A DNA stretch of 53,268 nt, taken from positions 1 through 53,268 of the forward strand of contig JAVECS010000007.1 of the NCBI GenBank assembly GCA_051942165.1, written 5' to 3'. Source of the stretch: Circinaria calcarea (Eukaryota). The notes beneath the pieces are model-generated. The model searched no databases, was not told the DNA's origin, and saw nothing but the letters and a program-made list of their open reading frames with translations. The translations under genes were made by a program, and so were the position numbers. Below are positions 1 through 12,944 of this stretch, piece by piece. Position 1 is the stretch's first letter; each line of letters opens with the position of its first letter.

Positions 1-53
1 GGAATGTCCATATATAGTTAGTTGATGCTAAAAATAGCGTGCGCGCGAAGCGC

Positions 54-518
54 AGTCTGAGGGTTTCATCCAGCCTTTTTGGTGACGAGAGCGAAATTTT
101 TAAATAAAAAGTCGGTTTACTATACTTAGTATTAATCAACAATAACACGCCGTATTGAGATTCTGAAAAGGCTATATTCAAGAGCTTATTAATAGCTATA
201 ATCTGTCAGAGTAAATTTTTATTAATGCTTTGCATTAAGGCTCTAGAAGTGTTAGCACAATAAAAAAATTTTTTTTTGTGCACGTTTACCCCGCTTTATT
301 CAATAACGACCAGATCAAATTTAATAAAAAGTTGATTAGTATACAACTATAGTTTTTTAGAAACTTCTGTCAGAGCGAATTTAATAAATTATGCGTAATA
401 ATTACGTGGTTAATAAAAATCGTGTTTTGGGAGCGCGGGGATTTCGCGATGAATTGTATGTAAATCCCTAACAAATTTCGCGATGACCCATATATTTCTT
501 GGATGAAACTCTCAGACT
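54..518. mobile_element. Probable MITE / non-autonomous DNA transposon relic, AT-rich and RIP-like
   Basis: 19-bp inverted ends AGTCTGAGGGTTTCATCCA (54-72) and TGGATGAAACTCTCAGACT (500-518), one transition mismatch. AT/TpA-rich interior with no ORF. Internal direct repeats TCTGTCAGAG (202, 366) and ATTTCGCGATGA (441, 475). No TSD identified. Confidence 0.6.
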
Positions 519-594
519 TCTTTCAAAAAAGGGTTATGTAATATCGGATCGGAATAACTTTTTTTACGCGGAGCTAGTACGAAAGAAGTCTGAG
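511..594. repeat. Nested inverted repeat (hairpin) overlapping the right end of the MITE
   Basis: CTCAGACTTCTTTC (511-524) is the exact reverse complement of GAAAGAAGTCTGAG (581-594). An inner imperfect stem AAAAAAGGGTTAT / ATAACTTTTTT lies between them. Confidence 0.75.
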
Positions 595-780
595 GCCTCC
601 GGAGTTTACGGAGGTGGCACTGAGGCAACCTTTCGCTCATTCGCCTATTGATTACATAATTTGACGCTAGAGTTGGCTTTGTTTACGTTGTGTCTGTACA
701 CACTTTGGAGGTACTCCATATCTGGAAAATCATCTGTTGGAATTTTGAGACCGTACACTTGGAAGTTTCTGATTTGCAAA

Positions 781-2529
781 ATGACTTCTGCCGATACAGT
801 ACCGCTTGAATTATGGGAGGTAAGGGTTTTGGACAGAATCCCCTGACTGCGCGACTAATTCCAAGCACTGTAGATGCAGCAAACCTTATGTACTCAATCA
901 ATTGAACTTGCTTACGAGAAGAATCTGGAAAGTTCGTTCATAATTTATGGAGAAGAGCAGGCAAGGATCTTACGTGTTGGAATGCTACTGCTCAAAATTG
1001 AGAATGACGACCTTAACACTCGATTATCGCAAGGCGGCCAGCGCACTGGTGACCTGGAAAGGGCTTTGCAAGAATCGCGTGTCTCCCTGAGTTTAGTAGG
1101 GGCTGAACGAGACAGCCTCCGAGCGGAGCTACGCATAAAGGTTAGAGGGATGGAAAACTTAAAGGTGAACGTGTAATTACATCGAAGAAATTTTCAATGC
1201 TGATAAGATAAGGCGGAGTTCGATTCCCTCTATGGTGTCTCTCTGGATGTAACGAAGCTTTTGACTGAAAAACTAGCATTGTCTCGCGAACTTGCAAACC
1301 TCATGCCAGAAATTGAACATCTTCGATCTCAGGCTGCCTCACAACAGGCACTCCTTGCCGAAAAGCTCATGTTGCAACGGCAATTAACCACCTTACAAGT
1401 TGAACTCGAAAACGAGAAACGGGCGACCCGTCAAGCTCTCGCTAGGGAAGGCGGAAGACAAGAGAACGATGCTAGAACGGAACTGAGGCTGGAAGGGTTA
1501 CTATCGGACCTCGCGAAAGAGCAGAAAGAAAAGCAAAAAGTTCACCGTGAAATGCTAAAGTCCGCTGCAGATTCCGAAGGCAAGACATCTGTGCTCGAGT
1601 CACGCCTGGAGGGTTTCAAGACTAAACTGCGAATGACCAAAGACCAACTGAAGAAAACGCAGTCTGAATTACAAATTAGCCGCAATTTAGTCAGAGATCA
1701 GGCTATACCCCCGGCTTCAGCTAGCATGGCACTTCCTAATAAAAACCCGCGTAAAAGGAGCATTGCTTGTATTGACACTGATGCTAATTTCGGCACGCCT
1801 GGCGTTCTGCCTGTCGCGAAGAGAGGCACAAGGGTATCAGCACTTCCTGGAGACAAATCCACGTTCTCGATAACTCCCTATCTCAACCGGACTGCTAGCC
1901 TAGCACCTGAAAGTCCGATGGGTAGGGAGACCTCTCCCGAATTTCAACCCGAACTTGAAGTGCCTAATGCTGGACTAGAACACGAGCCTAGTGTGACCAA
2001 ACCTGAGAAGACATTTGGGGTCTCCGAGTCAGGAGGGATGGTCGTGCAATCAAAGAGGGAAATACGAGTACCGAAGCAGAACATCCTGGCGTCGGCCAAA
2101 GTCGGAAAGCCTAACGTAGGAGGCCCCCCTCGCAGGAAGCGATCGGTACTTGAAAAGGTTCAGGAAGAGGACAATGAGGGAAAACAGCAACCAGTGAGAG
2201 TGCCAGAAGTTGGGTGCCAAGAGAATGCTGTCGCAAAACCCTGTAAGAAGCTTAATTCCAAGGATGACAGTGCCGAAGACACCACATTTATCAAGAGAAA
2301 ACGAAAATTGCTAGGTGGAGGATTGGGAAGAACATTGTTCGACGAAGAGGACGGTGTACTCCTCAAAGATCACGACCGTGGACTTCTTGGGGGCCGTCGA
2401 ACTTTCGGTTCGCTTGGGAAAACTTTCACTGTTGGGCAAGCTGGCTCTCATACCAGTACTTTTGATTCCACGAAGAGTTTCGGTGCTTTCTCACCTCTTA
2501 AGAAGGACAGGAGACCCGGAATTTGCTAG
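781..2529 (+). CDS. Coiled-coil protein with low-complexity C-terminus, function unknown; exons ~781-819, 874-1164, 1213-2529
   Basis: Introns 820-873 (GTAAGG..CTAAT..TAG) and 1165-1212 (GTGAAC..CTGAT..AAG) join ORFs 874 and 1261 in frame. Heptad-rich N-half; basic KRKRKL motif; C-terminal FSPLKKDRR. Confidence 0.8.
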
Positions 2530-3044
2530 TTTGGCGGAAGTGAAAGTGGACGAGTAACATTTAATGATTTTTTCTCTCCCATTAGTATCTAGGTAGGAAA
2601 TTTGTGAGTTGGTTTAGGATGATGATTGATGTTGCGTCCACCATCTGCTATCACTCGGGTTGTGCCCTTAGATGCTGCTGGGGTACCTGTCGGAGGCTCG
2701 CGTGACATTGGAGGAGCCGAGTTTCTCGAAGATGTAAAGTCGAAATCTAAGAGATAAGTAACTTTGCATTGCCGTGGCATCTTTCGCCGAACTTTGAGCT
2801 CTAAAAGACCTGCCTGAAGTCCTACCAGAACATAACCTTTCCCATATAACTCCCACATAATCTGGATCAAGAAGCCAAGTCTCAAAAGCATCTTCAGCCG
2901 ATATATCTTCTCTGGGATAATTGCGAATAGATCGAGGGAACAGGCGTTGTGTATTATCTAGCGGGGTAGGAGCGTCTTCGGATCTCCCAACTTGGCATTT
3001 TATCTAAGCCTGCTTTGGAGTCTGTCTGTACTCTGTGCACTTTG

Positions 3045-4401
3045 ATGCTTTCCGAATGGCCATTGATTAGTCTGCTCAGCAGATTCCCAACCACTCGCGG
3101 ATTAGACGTTACGAAAATCAGAACACACTCCCTTCGCAATTTCCATCCGGCCGTAGGACATGGGACCGTCATATCGTCGCGTTTGCAAGCAGGCAACGCC
3201 CGGCATACTTCCTCTTCATCATCGAAACGCTGGCAGACTCGTCACGGCAAAGACAAATTTGCCAGAGAAGCTCGTGTACAGGGATTGAAGAGCCGCGCAG
3301 CTTTCAAATTGCTCGAGGTCAGCCTGACCTAGCTAGCTTTCTTGGGAACTTCGGGAGTGTCTGACGGTGTTTGAAAGATCAACGAAAAATACAAGATATT
3401 CGAGAGGGGACAGACGGTGGTGGATCTGGTAAGGCTCTGCTGATATATAGAAGCTCGCGTTGTTTGACCGGATTTCCCTAGGGCTATGCACCCGGTTCCT
3501 GGTCGCAGGTAAATACTCCGATGGTGTACACAGCAGCCTTAGGTACTCATTCATTCTGTAGGTTGCCGTTGATCGTACCTTTCCCCATGGGCGAGTCATC
3601 GGAATCGATGTTATCCCCACCCAACCACCTAAAGGAGTTTCTACGATTCAGGGAAATTTCCTTTCGGAAGCCGTTCGAGATGAAGTCAAGAAATTTTTGC
3701 AAGACCCCAGTAAATGTGGGACGAGGCAGCAACGTTTTCTCACCGTACAGGATGAGGAGAAGGCATTGTTGACGGGAGAAGTTGAGGCGTCAGTTACCAA
3801 TTATGTGGAACGGGAGCAAAGAGCAGACCAGCCAGCCTTGGACTCTGGTGTTGCCAAGCAGTCAGGAGATCGTACGAGTCGCAAAGGTTACGAGGAAGTG
3901 GATGGAAGACCGGTGGACGTGGTGCTCAATGATATGTCCGCACCCTGGGAACAGACCACAGGTTTTTGGAAGAGGAGTCTGAGTGACCCGTATTTTAGGA
4001 TGATGAACACGAGTGGCATGAGCTTCAGGGATCACGCAGGGAGCATGGTATGATCAGGTCGCATAGTTCCCACCGATGGACCTTAACCTGGAAGATAGGA
4101 TCTTTGCAATGCAGCTCTACGTTTTGTATACGACTCCCTTCGGGCCGGCGGTCATTTCGTTTGCAAATATTATCAAGGCGTCGAGGAGAAAGCCTTCGAG
4201 GCTCGGTTGAAGGTGCTATTTGCTAAAGTCCATCGAGAGAAGCCCGAGTCCTCTCGCAACGTAGGAGTCACGAGCCTATCCAGGTGCCCTTTCTTCTTCC
4301 ACATGGTGACCCATTTTCTATAGGAATCGAGAGAAGCCTACTTCGTTGCTTTGCGTAGAAAACCCGGAGTTGACGAGAAAGATGTGTTCCCCGACGTGTA
4401 G
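3045..4401 (+). CDS. MRM2: Mitochondrial rRNA 2'-O-methyltransferase (RrmJ/FtsJ family), 6 exons
   Basis: Spliced product contains D-x-F-A-R-E-A..GLKSRAAFKLLE-INEKY..TVVDL-GYAPGSWSQ-VAV..IGID..IQGNFL..DMSAP..GGHFVCKYYQG..KPESSR-ESREAY, preceded by an Arg/Ser-rich presequence-like N-terminus. Start codon is uncertain. Confidence 0.9.
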
Positions 4402-4968
4402 GGTTAACGTACGTATGTTTTACCATTGTCGGCACATTCGACGGCTACAGGAACATGTGTTGACTTTCTGCTCAGTTTATCAACATGTAATAAACTGTAT
4501 CAGCTTTAGGCTTGCCGCCAGGGCGCAACTATCGTGCTCGTTGGTGAAGACAATTTGGAGCCAAGAAGGAGAACATCAGAGCTGTGGCTCGTGGCTTCAC
4601 ATACGATCGTGGAGCATGCATTGAAGTTGAAGATGGCAGATGTTTTGTTCCGGAAACGAGCAAGTTGTGGTCACTAGAAATACTTTCTATAACCGGCCGC
4701 CGCTTTAATCTACAATGGGACAGCGACTTAATTTTCTTGGATAATGCCAATTGCTTCACTGGGCGTGACGTGTTCGAAAGACTAGATAGATAACGTGGGA
4801 CGTCTACGAGAGCATGAATCACATTTATTCTAACCCAACCCCAATAAGGTGTATATACTGAGTACATTGAGCTCCAGAGCAGAACCAACCTCCAAGAGTA
4901 CGCTCTGATGAAATGGTTAGACCTATCATTTTCGGTCTTCGGACCCGCATGATGAGGTCGGTTGACCC

Positions 4969-7514
4969 TTAAATAATTTCCCCATCTCCTTCTTCCTCCG
5001 TACTCCCTTCATCGTCCCACTCCACGTCAGCGGCGGCCTTTTCAGCGAGACGTTGAACCTATTCGAGTTAGGATTCTTTCACTTGTGCGAAACTGGCAGT
5101 TCGAATGCAGCTTACCTCTGCCAGTCCGCTCAACTCTTCTACATAACCCTTTTCATTCAATGCCCGTTTCACAAAGTCCCAGCCCTCTTTGACGAAGACA
5201 GCGGTCACCTTTTCTGAGCAAGCACTGCAACAATCATACGATTTGCCACTAATAGTCATGTTTTGGAAGTTCGACAAGAAACCTCTTATCTGGTGGGGTA
5301 CAATGCCCAAGGGATGGTCTCCAGGATCTTCGACGTTGGGAACGGGAGCTGGGGCCAAAGAGCCCAATGGGTGTTGAAGGAGGGAGACAAGAACTTCTAC
5401 CAGCAAGGCAGATGCTATTGCTGCAATCCCAGGACGAGTCACAGTACATTGCTGATCAAGAGTTCGATCTGTGACAGACTACCGGTCGCTGGTCAGTGAA
5501 AACGTATGGCCCTTGTACTCGTAGCACCTACATCTGCAGGAGCGACCACATCATTGCAAAAGTAGCATCCGAGTTCTTTCTCCGGCTCCATTTTATTTGT
5601 AGACCCATGCCTCATTACGAGGAAAGTGTCGAAGCCGAGGGCTGCATTCATGACAATCTTGCCAGCCGCCTTGCCTATCACTGTTGGTAACCATCGACTC
5701 TCGCGGGTGTCCATCAGTAAAAACACCACATCATGCTCATTGATTAGTACATTTAACTGGTCAAAGTCGGCTTTAACCTTTGCCTCATCCATGATAGGAT
5801 GACCCGCCATCGGTACGGATAAGTCATAGCCTTGGGAGTCAACACCTGGGTAGATCTCAAACAGCGCTTCCGCGGCACGTAGAGCCTTCTTAGCTCCGCC
5901 GTTGAGGCAATCCTGGAAGTTGAATAGCGGCTGTCTGACCGGGTTCGAATAGGAGACGGAGCCATTGTCCACAAACGTTATCTTACGGACACCCCAACCC
6001 TGCATATCGCAGAATTAACCATAACGAATTGTCGTGAATTGGAACACATAGCATTGCACCACTTACAAGAAGGTTCCGCGCGACATAGCTACCCAAGGTA
6101 CCAGCTCCCAAGAGCAAACACTTGGTCTCCTTGACTTTCTCCAGATCCAAACCTGGAGCTATTCGCCACTTGATCAACTTCAAGTTTAGGTCGACAGCCT
6201 GATCCGCCAAACTATATCGATAACGTTAGTGTATTCGCGAATATGGAATAACAGGCGAAAGTCGCTACCGTTGCGGATCCATGTATTCCCCCAGGTTGGC
6301 CATTTTGCTTGCCAGCTTACCGGCCACGTTGCGCTCCCAACCAGTGACCCTAGGTAGCTCAGCTAGGTCTGATTTGTGCTTAGACTCCGCCAGAGACGTT
6401 GCCGCTGTCTCTTCGTCAAATCTTTCTAATTCAAGATTCAAAATAACGCTCCTAGCTTCATGACGCCTTGCTTGGGTGTCCCTATAACACATAATCTGTA
6501 CACGATCGAGATTCCAGCGCTTATGGACCAGAACCAAAAGGTTTCGAAGCATCCATCCAGGGTATGCCGGGTACGTCGAAGGATCCGCGAAGCACACATA
6601 ACAGTCTTGACGGTCCACTTCATCAAAGAAACCTGCTTCGTAACTACCTAAGGAACCAACCACCCATGTGAAGCCCTGGATCTGACCTGGAGTTCCGGGA
6701 GTGGTCGGTCTAAGCCACTTTTCACCATCAAGGTTGTCTTGCCCAGCCAGACTAGTATCCTGCCCCCAAGGATTCCTGACCTTCTTCGCGAGGAAGAACC
6801 CATATTGCCGGGCATCAACGCCGTACCTCCAAGTTTGCACTCGATCCACTAGTGCAATGGTTTCATCGCTAGATAGAAAGGAGTTGGGACTATCTCGTTC
6901 CTCTCCTTGCGGGCTGTCTCCAACGTTTACATATGTATTTGCAATCGACTTCCAAACCGATTTTGAATGAATGGCGGGGAACCCAAAATGATAGGTAAAC
7001 TTGTATTTCTTGAGGTCTGCAAAGCAAATGACTGAAAAGGACGCCAGCAGCGAAGGACACGAATATATGGTACCGTCGTTGATCGCATCCCATATCTGAT
7101 CTCCTTTTTCAGCTGGTAACTTTACGCTTGCGGGATGGAAAGCTCACGGTTCGCGCCGCCTGGTTCAAAAACAAGGCCTTATCCAAGTTTCTATAATCCT
7201 CAATAGTATTGACGTTCTTGATGATTCCCTCGGCCCGATAGAAGCCCGCGGGTACCCTGCACGCAGTGTGAGAGCGATAGATCGATGCGAGCGACGGTCT
7301 GAGGACATACTAACTCATCGCTGGTCAAGGCATTGCCACGAATCTGCATACGGCATGAGGTAATCGGATCATCACCGGGGCGTAGTTCATAAAGGCCGAG
7401 TAACCGTCTTGCCGAGTCGTCAAGTCTATCGTGATTGATCTTGTGCGATGCGAGGGAGGTATAGAAAGGCAGCTCGATGTCCGAGGCAAAGGCTGCAAAC
7501 TTCAACATAGTCAT
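4969..7514 (-). CDS. ATG7: Ubiquitin-like modifier-activating E1 enzyme Atg7, 7 exons
   Basis: [16 protein letters not shown]-terminus; [83 protein letters not shown]-terminal CSACS. Confidence 0.97.
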
Positions 7515-8061
7515 AGCTCAAGGTCCTTGTAGCTCGGCTCTTGACGATGCTGCTGATGTTCCAGTCACTGTAGTAGGATGCGGGCGGTGGATAGAAGCTG
7601 TCAATCAGCTTCGGCACAAAGCTTTTGCTCATACCAACCTGGGCCGCTAGAGTCGCTGTATGTGTCTTACTTGGGAGAAGGTACTTGCCGTTGGCATTTA
7701 TATCTTTGAATAGACATCAGGCGTCCAGGGTGCATGACTCCTTTAAATCGGCCACCTGCCAGTCTGCGGGTACGGACTCCTGACGCTACCACGCTACCCA
7801 GCGGGAGGAGCCGAGTATCCCTGTGATGATCTTCAAATTGCCGAACCACGCCCTCTCGACTCTCCAGTGGATTATTCATTGTTCTTGACACCCGGTGATA
7901 ACTTATGAATAGGTATGATATGGTCGTGAAAATGTCTAGGCTCTTTCGTACAGTCATTGAGCCGTCTGGCTAGGAGTCGGAGATTAAGGGTCAGATTATA
8001 TAGTTTTCATTTATCTTTTGTCGGATTTTTAGAAACCCCACACCTAAATCTGGGCTTTATC

Positions 8062-9421
8062 ATGCTGATCGGCATATGCGGAGGTGAGTGCTAGATATTT
8101 TCATGCTGTAAATTCTGGATTATCAACCTTTGTTGCTCATTTATTCAAAAGGTGTCTGCGCAGGAAAGCACACCGTTGCGAATTACTTAGTAGAGCATCA
8201 TGCGTTCTCCCAACTACATCTCGTTCCAACCACTGCTCCCCTTCTTGTTGGAAAACCTGCACTTGAGCTGCACATTCCCGATTATGACCATCAGAGCGGC
8301 CGAAGTGGTCGGAGTGATAGCATTTTCCACACCGTCGAAGCCTTGACGGAGTTTGTTACTCAGGAGTGGCACCGGCGCTGGGTCATCACAGATATCTGGG
8401 ACGAGAAACTTCTGGAGACTCTGTCACGGAGACCATTTTTCCTCCTGGTTAGTGTTGATTCTCCGATGAGTTTGCGGTGGAGGCGCTTCAAAGCAAGGTA
8501 ACCCATATGAAATAACTTATCTAGCTTGTGAACTTCGCCTGATGCACATATAGATATGAGTTACGTCGGCAAGCTCCACCTAGCCTCGAAGAATTTATTG
8601 CTCGCGATGACTATCATCGGTATGATTCAGCATCCGCTTTGGTGAAATTGATGGAATTGGCGCAAGTCCACCTGATCAACGCCGCTTTATCGTTGTCTGA
8701 GCTGCATGATGCGCTTAGCAAACTTGATTTAACTGACGAGCAGCGTCTGCGGCCCAGTTGGGATCTTTATTTCATGCAGCTGGCATCACTCGCAGCACAG
8801 AGGAGCAACTGCATGAAAAGACGGGTTGGCTGTGTCCTGGTCCGGGAGAAGAGAGTGATCAGTACTGGGTACAACGGGACACCACGGAATCTAAGAAACT
8901 GCAATGAAGGGGGCTGTATGGCGTCGATCTGGATGCGCTCTTTGCTTTTTCATTAGCTAACTCGGATAGGTCCAAGATGTAATAACGGACAAGGGGTTGG
9001 AGTTGGGCTTTCGACGTGCTTGTGCATTCACGCCGAGGAGAACGCATTACTCGAGGCGGGTCGAGAGAGGATACGGGAGGGTTCTATACTTTATTGCGAC
9101 ACGTGAGACATATCGAGAGGAGACGACAAATCTACTACTTACATCATTGTGTAGTTGTCCATGTCTAACCTGCAGCATCAAGATCACTCAAGTTGGAATC
9201 TCCGAGGTCGTGTACTCCCAGAGCTACAGCATGGATCAAGAAGTAAGTTGTTGCAAGTAGCCTGTATCCCTGTTGACTGATGATTATCAGACAGCAGTAA
9301 TCTTCCTAGAGGGCGGCGTTAAGCTGAGGCAATTCTCTCCGGTTAGTTCATGCTATACTGGGTGACGGTCTTCTGTTGACGAAAGAAGCCCCAAAAGGGA
9401 CTGGTCCACTTGGGTCCATGA
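8062..9421 (+). CDS. DCD1: dCMP deaminase with N-terminal P-loop-like domain, 7 exons
   Basis: MLIGICG-GVCAGKH; RPSWDLYFMQLASLAAQRSNCMKRRVGCVLV; STGYNGTP; zinc motif CLCIHAEENALLE and CPCLTC. Confidence 0.95.
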
Positions 9422-10203
9422 GATATCGGTTTACCAAACCAGGACACGGGTTTTCATATCCATAACAGAACACTAGAGCGTAACGGGTGCAGTTATAGTG
9501 AGCGCAAAAAGAAGACTTTGGAAGTACAGGAGGCCAGGGAAAAGGTTTCTTGAATACATTCAGGAGCTTGGCAGAGGTTTGAGCAAGTAGACAACCACGT
9601 TCATTGAATCAAATGCTTTCAGGTCGCGAACGCATCGGCATTCATGGAATCACTCCCACTGAAAATTGACAAAGAGTCAAGATACGGCAGCACCTACGGA
9701 GTACCTGGCCACATGTCACCTAGTCGTTTGCCAACGCCGCCGAGAGCTCGTGTTGGAGAAATTTGTGTGAAGAGACAGCGTCCAATCGACACCCATGAAA
9801 TAGAGGGGCAAGCAAGCAAGCTTATGTCAGGTTCTACTGTTAGAGGGTGGCGATACTTCGTTTAGTTGGCGTCTTGGCGTATAGTGAAAATCTTTCACTC
9901 ACACACTTCTTTTCTGTAATGATTAGTTCTCGCATATACTGCGTATAGCCATCGTATTGCTCGTGCCTCACATTACCACATACCTTAGCCTTAGATACTT
10001 CTCAAGTAAAGTATTTTACGGTCTTACAGCTTACATGTCCAGCCGCCTGCCTTTTTTAAAAGCGGTTCCGAATATGTATGCAGACAATACAAATAGGTTA
10101 AGATATCTGGTGTTAAATATCCATTCCCTAATCCAAAAGCATTATCTTGATTTAACTAGGTGTTGGCTAGCTTGATTAGGCAAGCTAAGTTGCCGAATTA
10201 GAA

Positions 10204-10648
10204 CCGCGAGCATGTTAATATAATATTTTAAACGTGATTTAATTAATTAATATTGCGTTTTTAATAGCTCTATTATAGTACTAATAATAGATTCTCTTTC
10301 GGGGAGACCCCCAGAAACCCCCTTTGGCATAATAGGCATAATACAGAAGCAATGGTAGGCTCTCCTTCGGGGGAGAACCCCCCTTTAGTATAATAATAGC
10401 AGTATAGTGATGGCAGCATAGTGATGGCAGCATAGTAGTGGCAGCATAGTAGTGGCAGCATAGTAGTGGCAGCGAATTCAGTGGCAGCGAGTTAGAATGC
10501 ATAGATCTCAGAGCTACGCGCGTTCGGGTTAATTTCGCTAAATCAGCCAATATGAAGCCGTAAAGAGCAAGGACGTTTACGCTAGCTACTTTTATTAATG
10601 CCAAGTCACTAATTAAATTTCAGTCTCGATTATTAATTACGCTCGCGG
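10204..10648. mobile_element. Second AT-rich MITE-like relic with degenerate inverted ends
   Basis: CCGCGAGC (10204-10211) and GCTCGCGG (10641-10648), each followed inward by related AT-rich segments containing ATTTAATTA / TAATTAAAT. An internal ~40-nt direct duplication lies at ~10293 and ~10361. Base composition differs sharply from the flanking genes. Confidence 0.45.
10399..10491. repeat. 14-bp minisatellite, GCAGCATAGT(AG/GA)TG x5 plus two degenerate copies
   Basis: Units start at 10399, 10413, 10427, 10441 and 10455; degenerate units at 10469 and 10484. Confidence 0.9.
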
Positions 10649-11100
10649 AATTATGCCCACGGGAAGATTTTAGCTATTCAAAAGTAAAGCCTCCCCACCG
10701 ACCGTGGAAAATCAAGCTATTTGCAAAAGATAACATACTCGGTAAATAGAGAGTAATAAGGTAGTTATGTGCACGTCTTTAAATATATCTACGTTGTAAG
10801 GCGTTTTATTGGTAGTGCTCCACTGTTGGTAGAACAATGGAGTATATAGGTAAAAATATCTCTGTTGCAATACTAACGTGATATATAATATCCTTATAGC
10901 GTTCCCGTCAATACCCAGTCACGTGTAGTTAACTACTGTCATTGTTGCTCAGGCCCCTAAATTGGTGGTGAGCCTTGGATTACCGGGGCCCTTTTGTTAG
11001 TGAGAGCTACGGTCGGCAAATAAAATTAGATACGACGGAGGCAAGCAACAAAAGATCAGTCATATTGGTGTCTTTGCTTCGATCTGGGCCATTTTCAACA

Positions 11101-11106
11101 TGACTC
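11101..11106 (+). promoter_or_regulatory. Candidate Gcn4/CpcA (cross-pathway control) site TGACTC upstream of HIS7
   Basis: ATGACTCC about 50 nt before the HIS7 ATG. Fungal histidine genes are established Gcn4/Cpc-1 targets, but a hexamer match can occur by chance. Confidence 0.4.
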
Positions 11107-11151
11107 CCCAGCACGTTATCGACTGAAGTAGTATTGCCCAGTCACGGGTGC

Positions 11152-12944
11152 ATGATGCTCACTGTTCATCTCCTTGACTATGTTGCTGGGAATGTCCGAT
11201 CTCTTGTCAATGCAATCGAGAAGCTCGGTCATAGGGTCTCTTGGATCAAAGAGCCCAAAGATGTCGAGGATGCAGAGGTAGGTAATATCATTGACGGCTG
11301 GTGCTACTTTCAATTCGTGTCAGTCAAGAAGATGTACTGAACTGCCGTCAAGACGCTCATTCTCCCAGGCGTAGGTCACTTCGGACACTGCCTCACCCAA
11401 TTTGCCCAGAGTGGTTATCTGGAACCGATCCGGAAGCATATTGAATTGGGGAAGCCTTTCATGGGCATATGCGTTGGTCTACAAGCGCTCTTTGAAGGTT
11501 CTGCTGAGGACCCAGCAGTTCCAGGTTTGGGAATCATACCGGGTCACCTGGTAAGGTTTGATGACATGAACAAAAGTGTACCCCACACAGGGTGGAACTC
11601 TGCAAGCACTTCCAAGGGTGAAACTGTGCAGCTTAAAAGCTTCTATGGTCTACGGGCAAGTAGCAAATACTATTACGTGCATGCGTTTGCCGCTCCCTAC
11701 CGAAATAGTATTTTGGAAGAGGACGGCTGGACCGTTGCTACAGCCGAATATGGTGGCGAAGTATTTGTCGGAGCGGTCGGGAAGAAGAACACATTTGCAA
11801 CTCAATTTCATCCCGAGAAAAGCGGCGTGGCGGGTCTAAGAGTTCTCAAGGCATTCCTGGACGGGAAGCAGTGGGAGAATATCACGAATAATACATCACA
11901 ATTAAGCTTGCCAGCAGGGCTTACCCGCAGGGTGATCGCCTGTCTTGACGTTCGTACCAATGATCATGGAGACCTAGTTGTGACCAAAGGCGACCAATAC
12001 GATGTTCGAGAGAAAGGCACAACGGCTACAGGCGGTCAAGTCAGGAATCTCGGCAAACCAGTGGAGATGGCAAGAAAGTACTATGAGCAAGGCTCCGACG
12101 AAATTACGTTTCTCAATATAACATCTTTTCGAAGTTGTCCTCTGGCTGATCTCCCAATGCTAGAGATCCTGCGTCAAACGTCCGAGAGTGTCTTTGTCCC
12201 CTTAACAATAGGTGGTGGCATTCGCGATACTCTCGATACTGATGGTACCAAAGTCACAGCCGTCGATGTCGCAGCAATGTACTTTAAGTCTGGCGCCGAT
12301 AAGGTGAGCATTGGATCAGATGCGGTTACCGCCGCCGAGGAGTACTATCAGAACAAGAGGAGATTATCCGGAAAGACAGCAATTGAGGCGATTTCGGCAG
12401 CATATGGGAATCAAGCAGTTGTCATAAGCATTGATCCGAAAAGGGTTTATGTACATTCACCGGATGACACTCACCATCACACCATCAAGACTAATTGGCC
12501 CAGCCCCTCCGGCGAGTCGTACTGCTGGTACCAATGTACCGTCAAAGGTGGTAGAGAGGGGCGAGATATGGACGTTCGCCAATTAGCCATTGCAGTCGAG
12601 GCAATGGGTGCCGGAGAGATACTACTGAATTGTATTGACAAGGATGGGAGTAATAGTGGATTCGACCTCGAGTTGATCAACGACGTCAAGGAGGTCGTTA
12701 AGATACCTGTGATAGCCTCAAGCGGTGCTGGGAATCCATCCCATTTCCTTGAAGTATTTGAGAACACTAAAACCGATGCCGCTCTTGGGGCTGGTATGGT
12801 AAGTTCGTCCCTTTCGTGAATGAGCTCTCAAGAGGTATTGATCCGAAGCCATAGTTCCATCGGGGCGAGTATACAGTGAAAGAGGTGAAGGAATTTCTAG
12901 CTGGGCACGGTGCACTGGTGCGGCAATTCGAAGACGCGATTTGA
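11152..12944 (+). CDS. HIS7: Imidazole glycerol phosphate synthase (fused HisH-HisF), 3 exons
   Basis: [88 protein letters not shown]. Introns 11278-11352 and 12799-12857. Confidence 0.97.

Noticed and set aside
4584..4793. Protein-looking 69-aa ORF between the MRM2 and ATG7 3' ends
   Set aside because: It has no ATG start and no recognisable family, and probably lies in UTR sequence.
10399..10491. Tandem array as a CRISPR or telomeric repeat
   Set aside because: There are no unique spacers and no cas genes, the context is eukaryotic, and the unit is not TTAGGG-like. It is a simple minisatellite.
10273..10604. Cys/His/Tyr-rich ORFs (LCCHYYAA..)
   Set aside because: They are translation artefacts of the 14-bp repeat.
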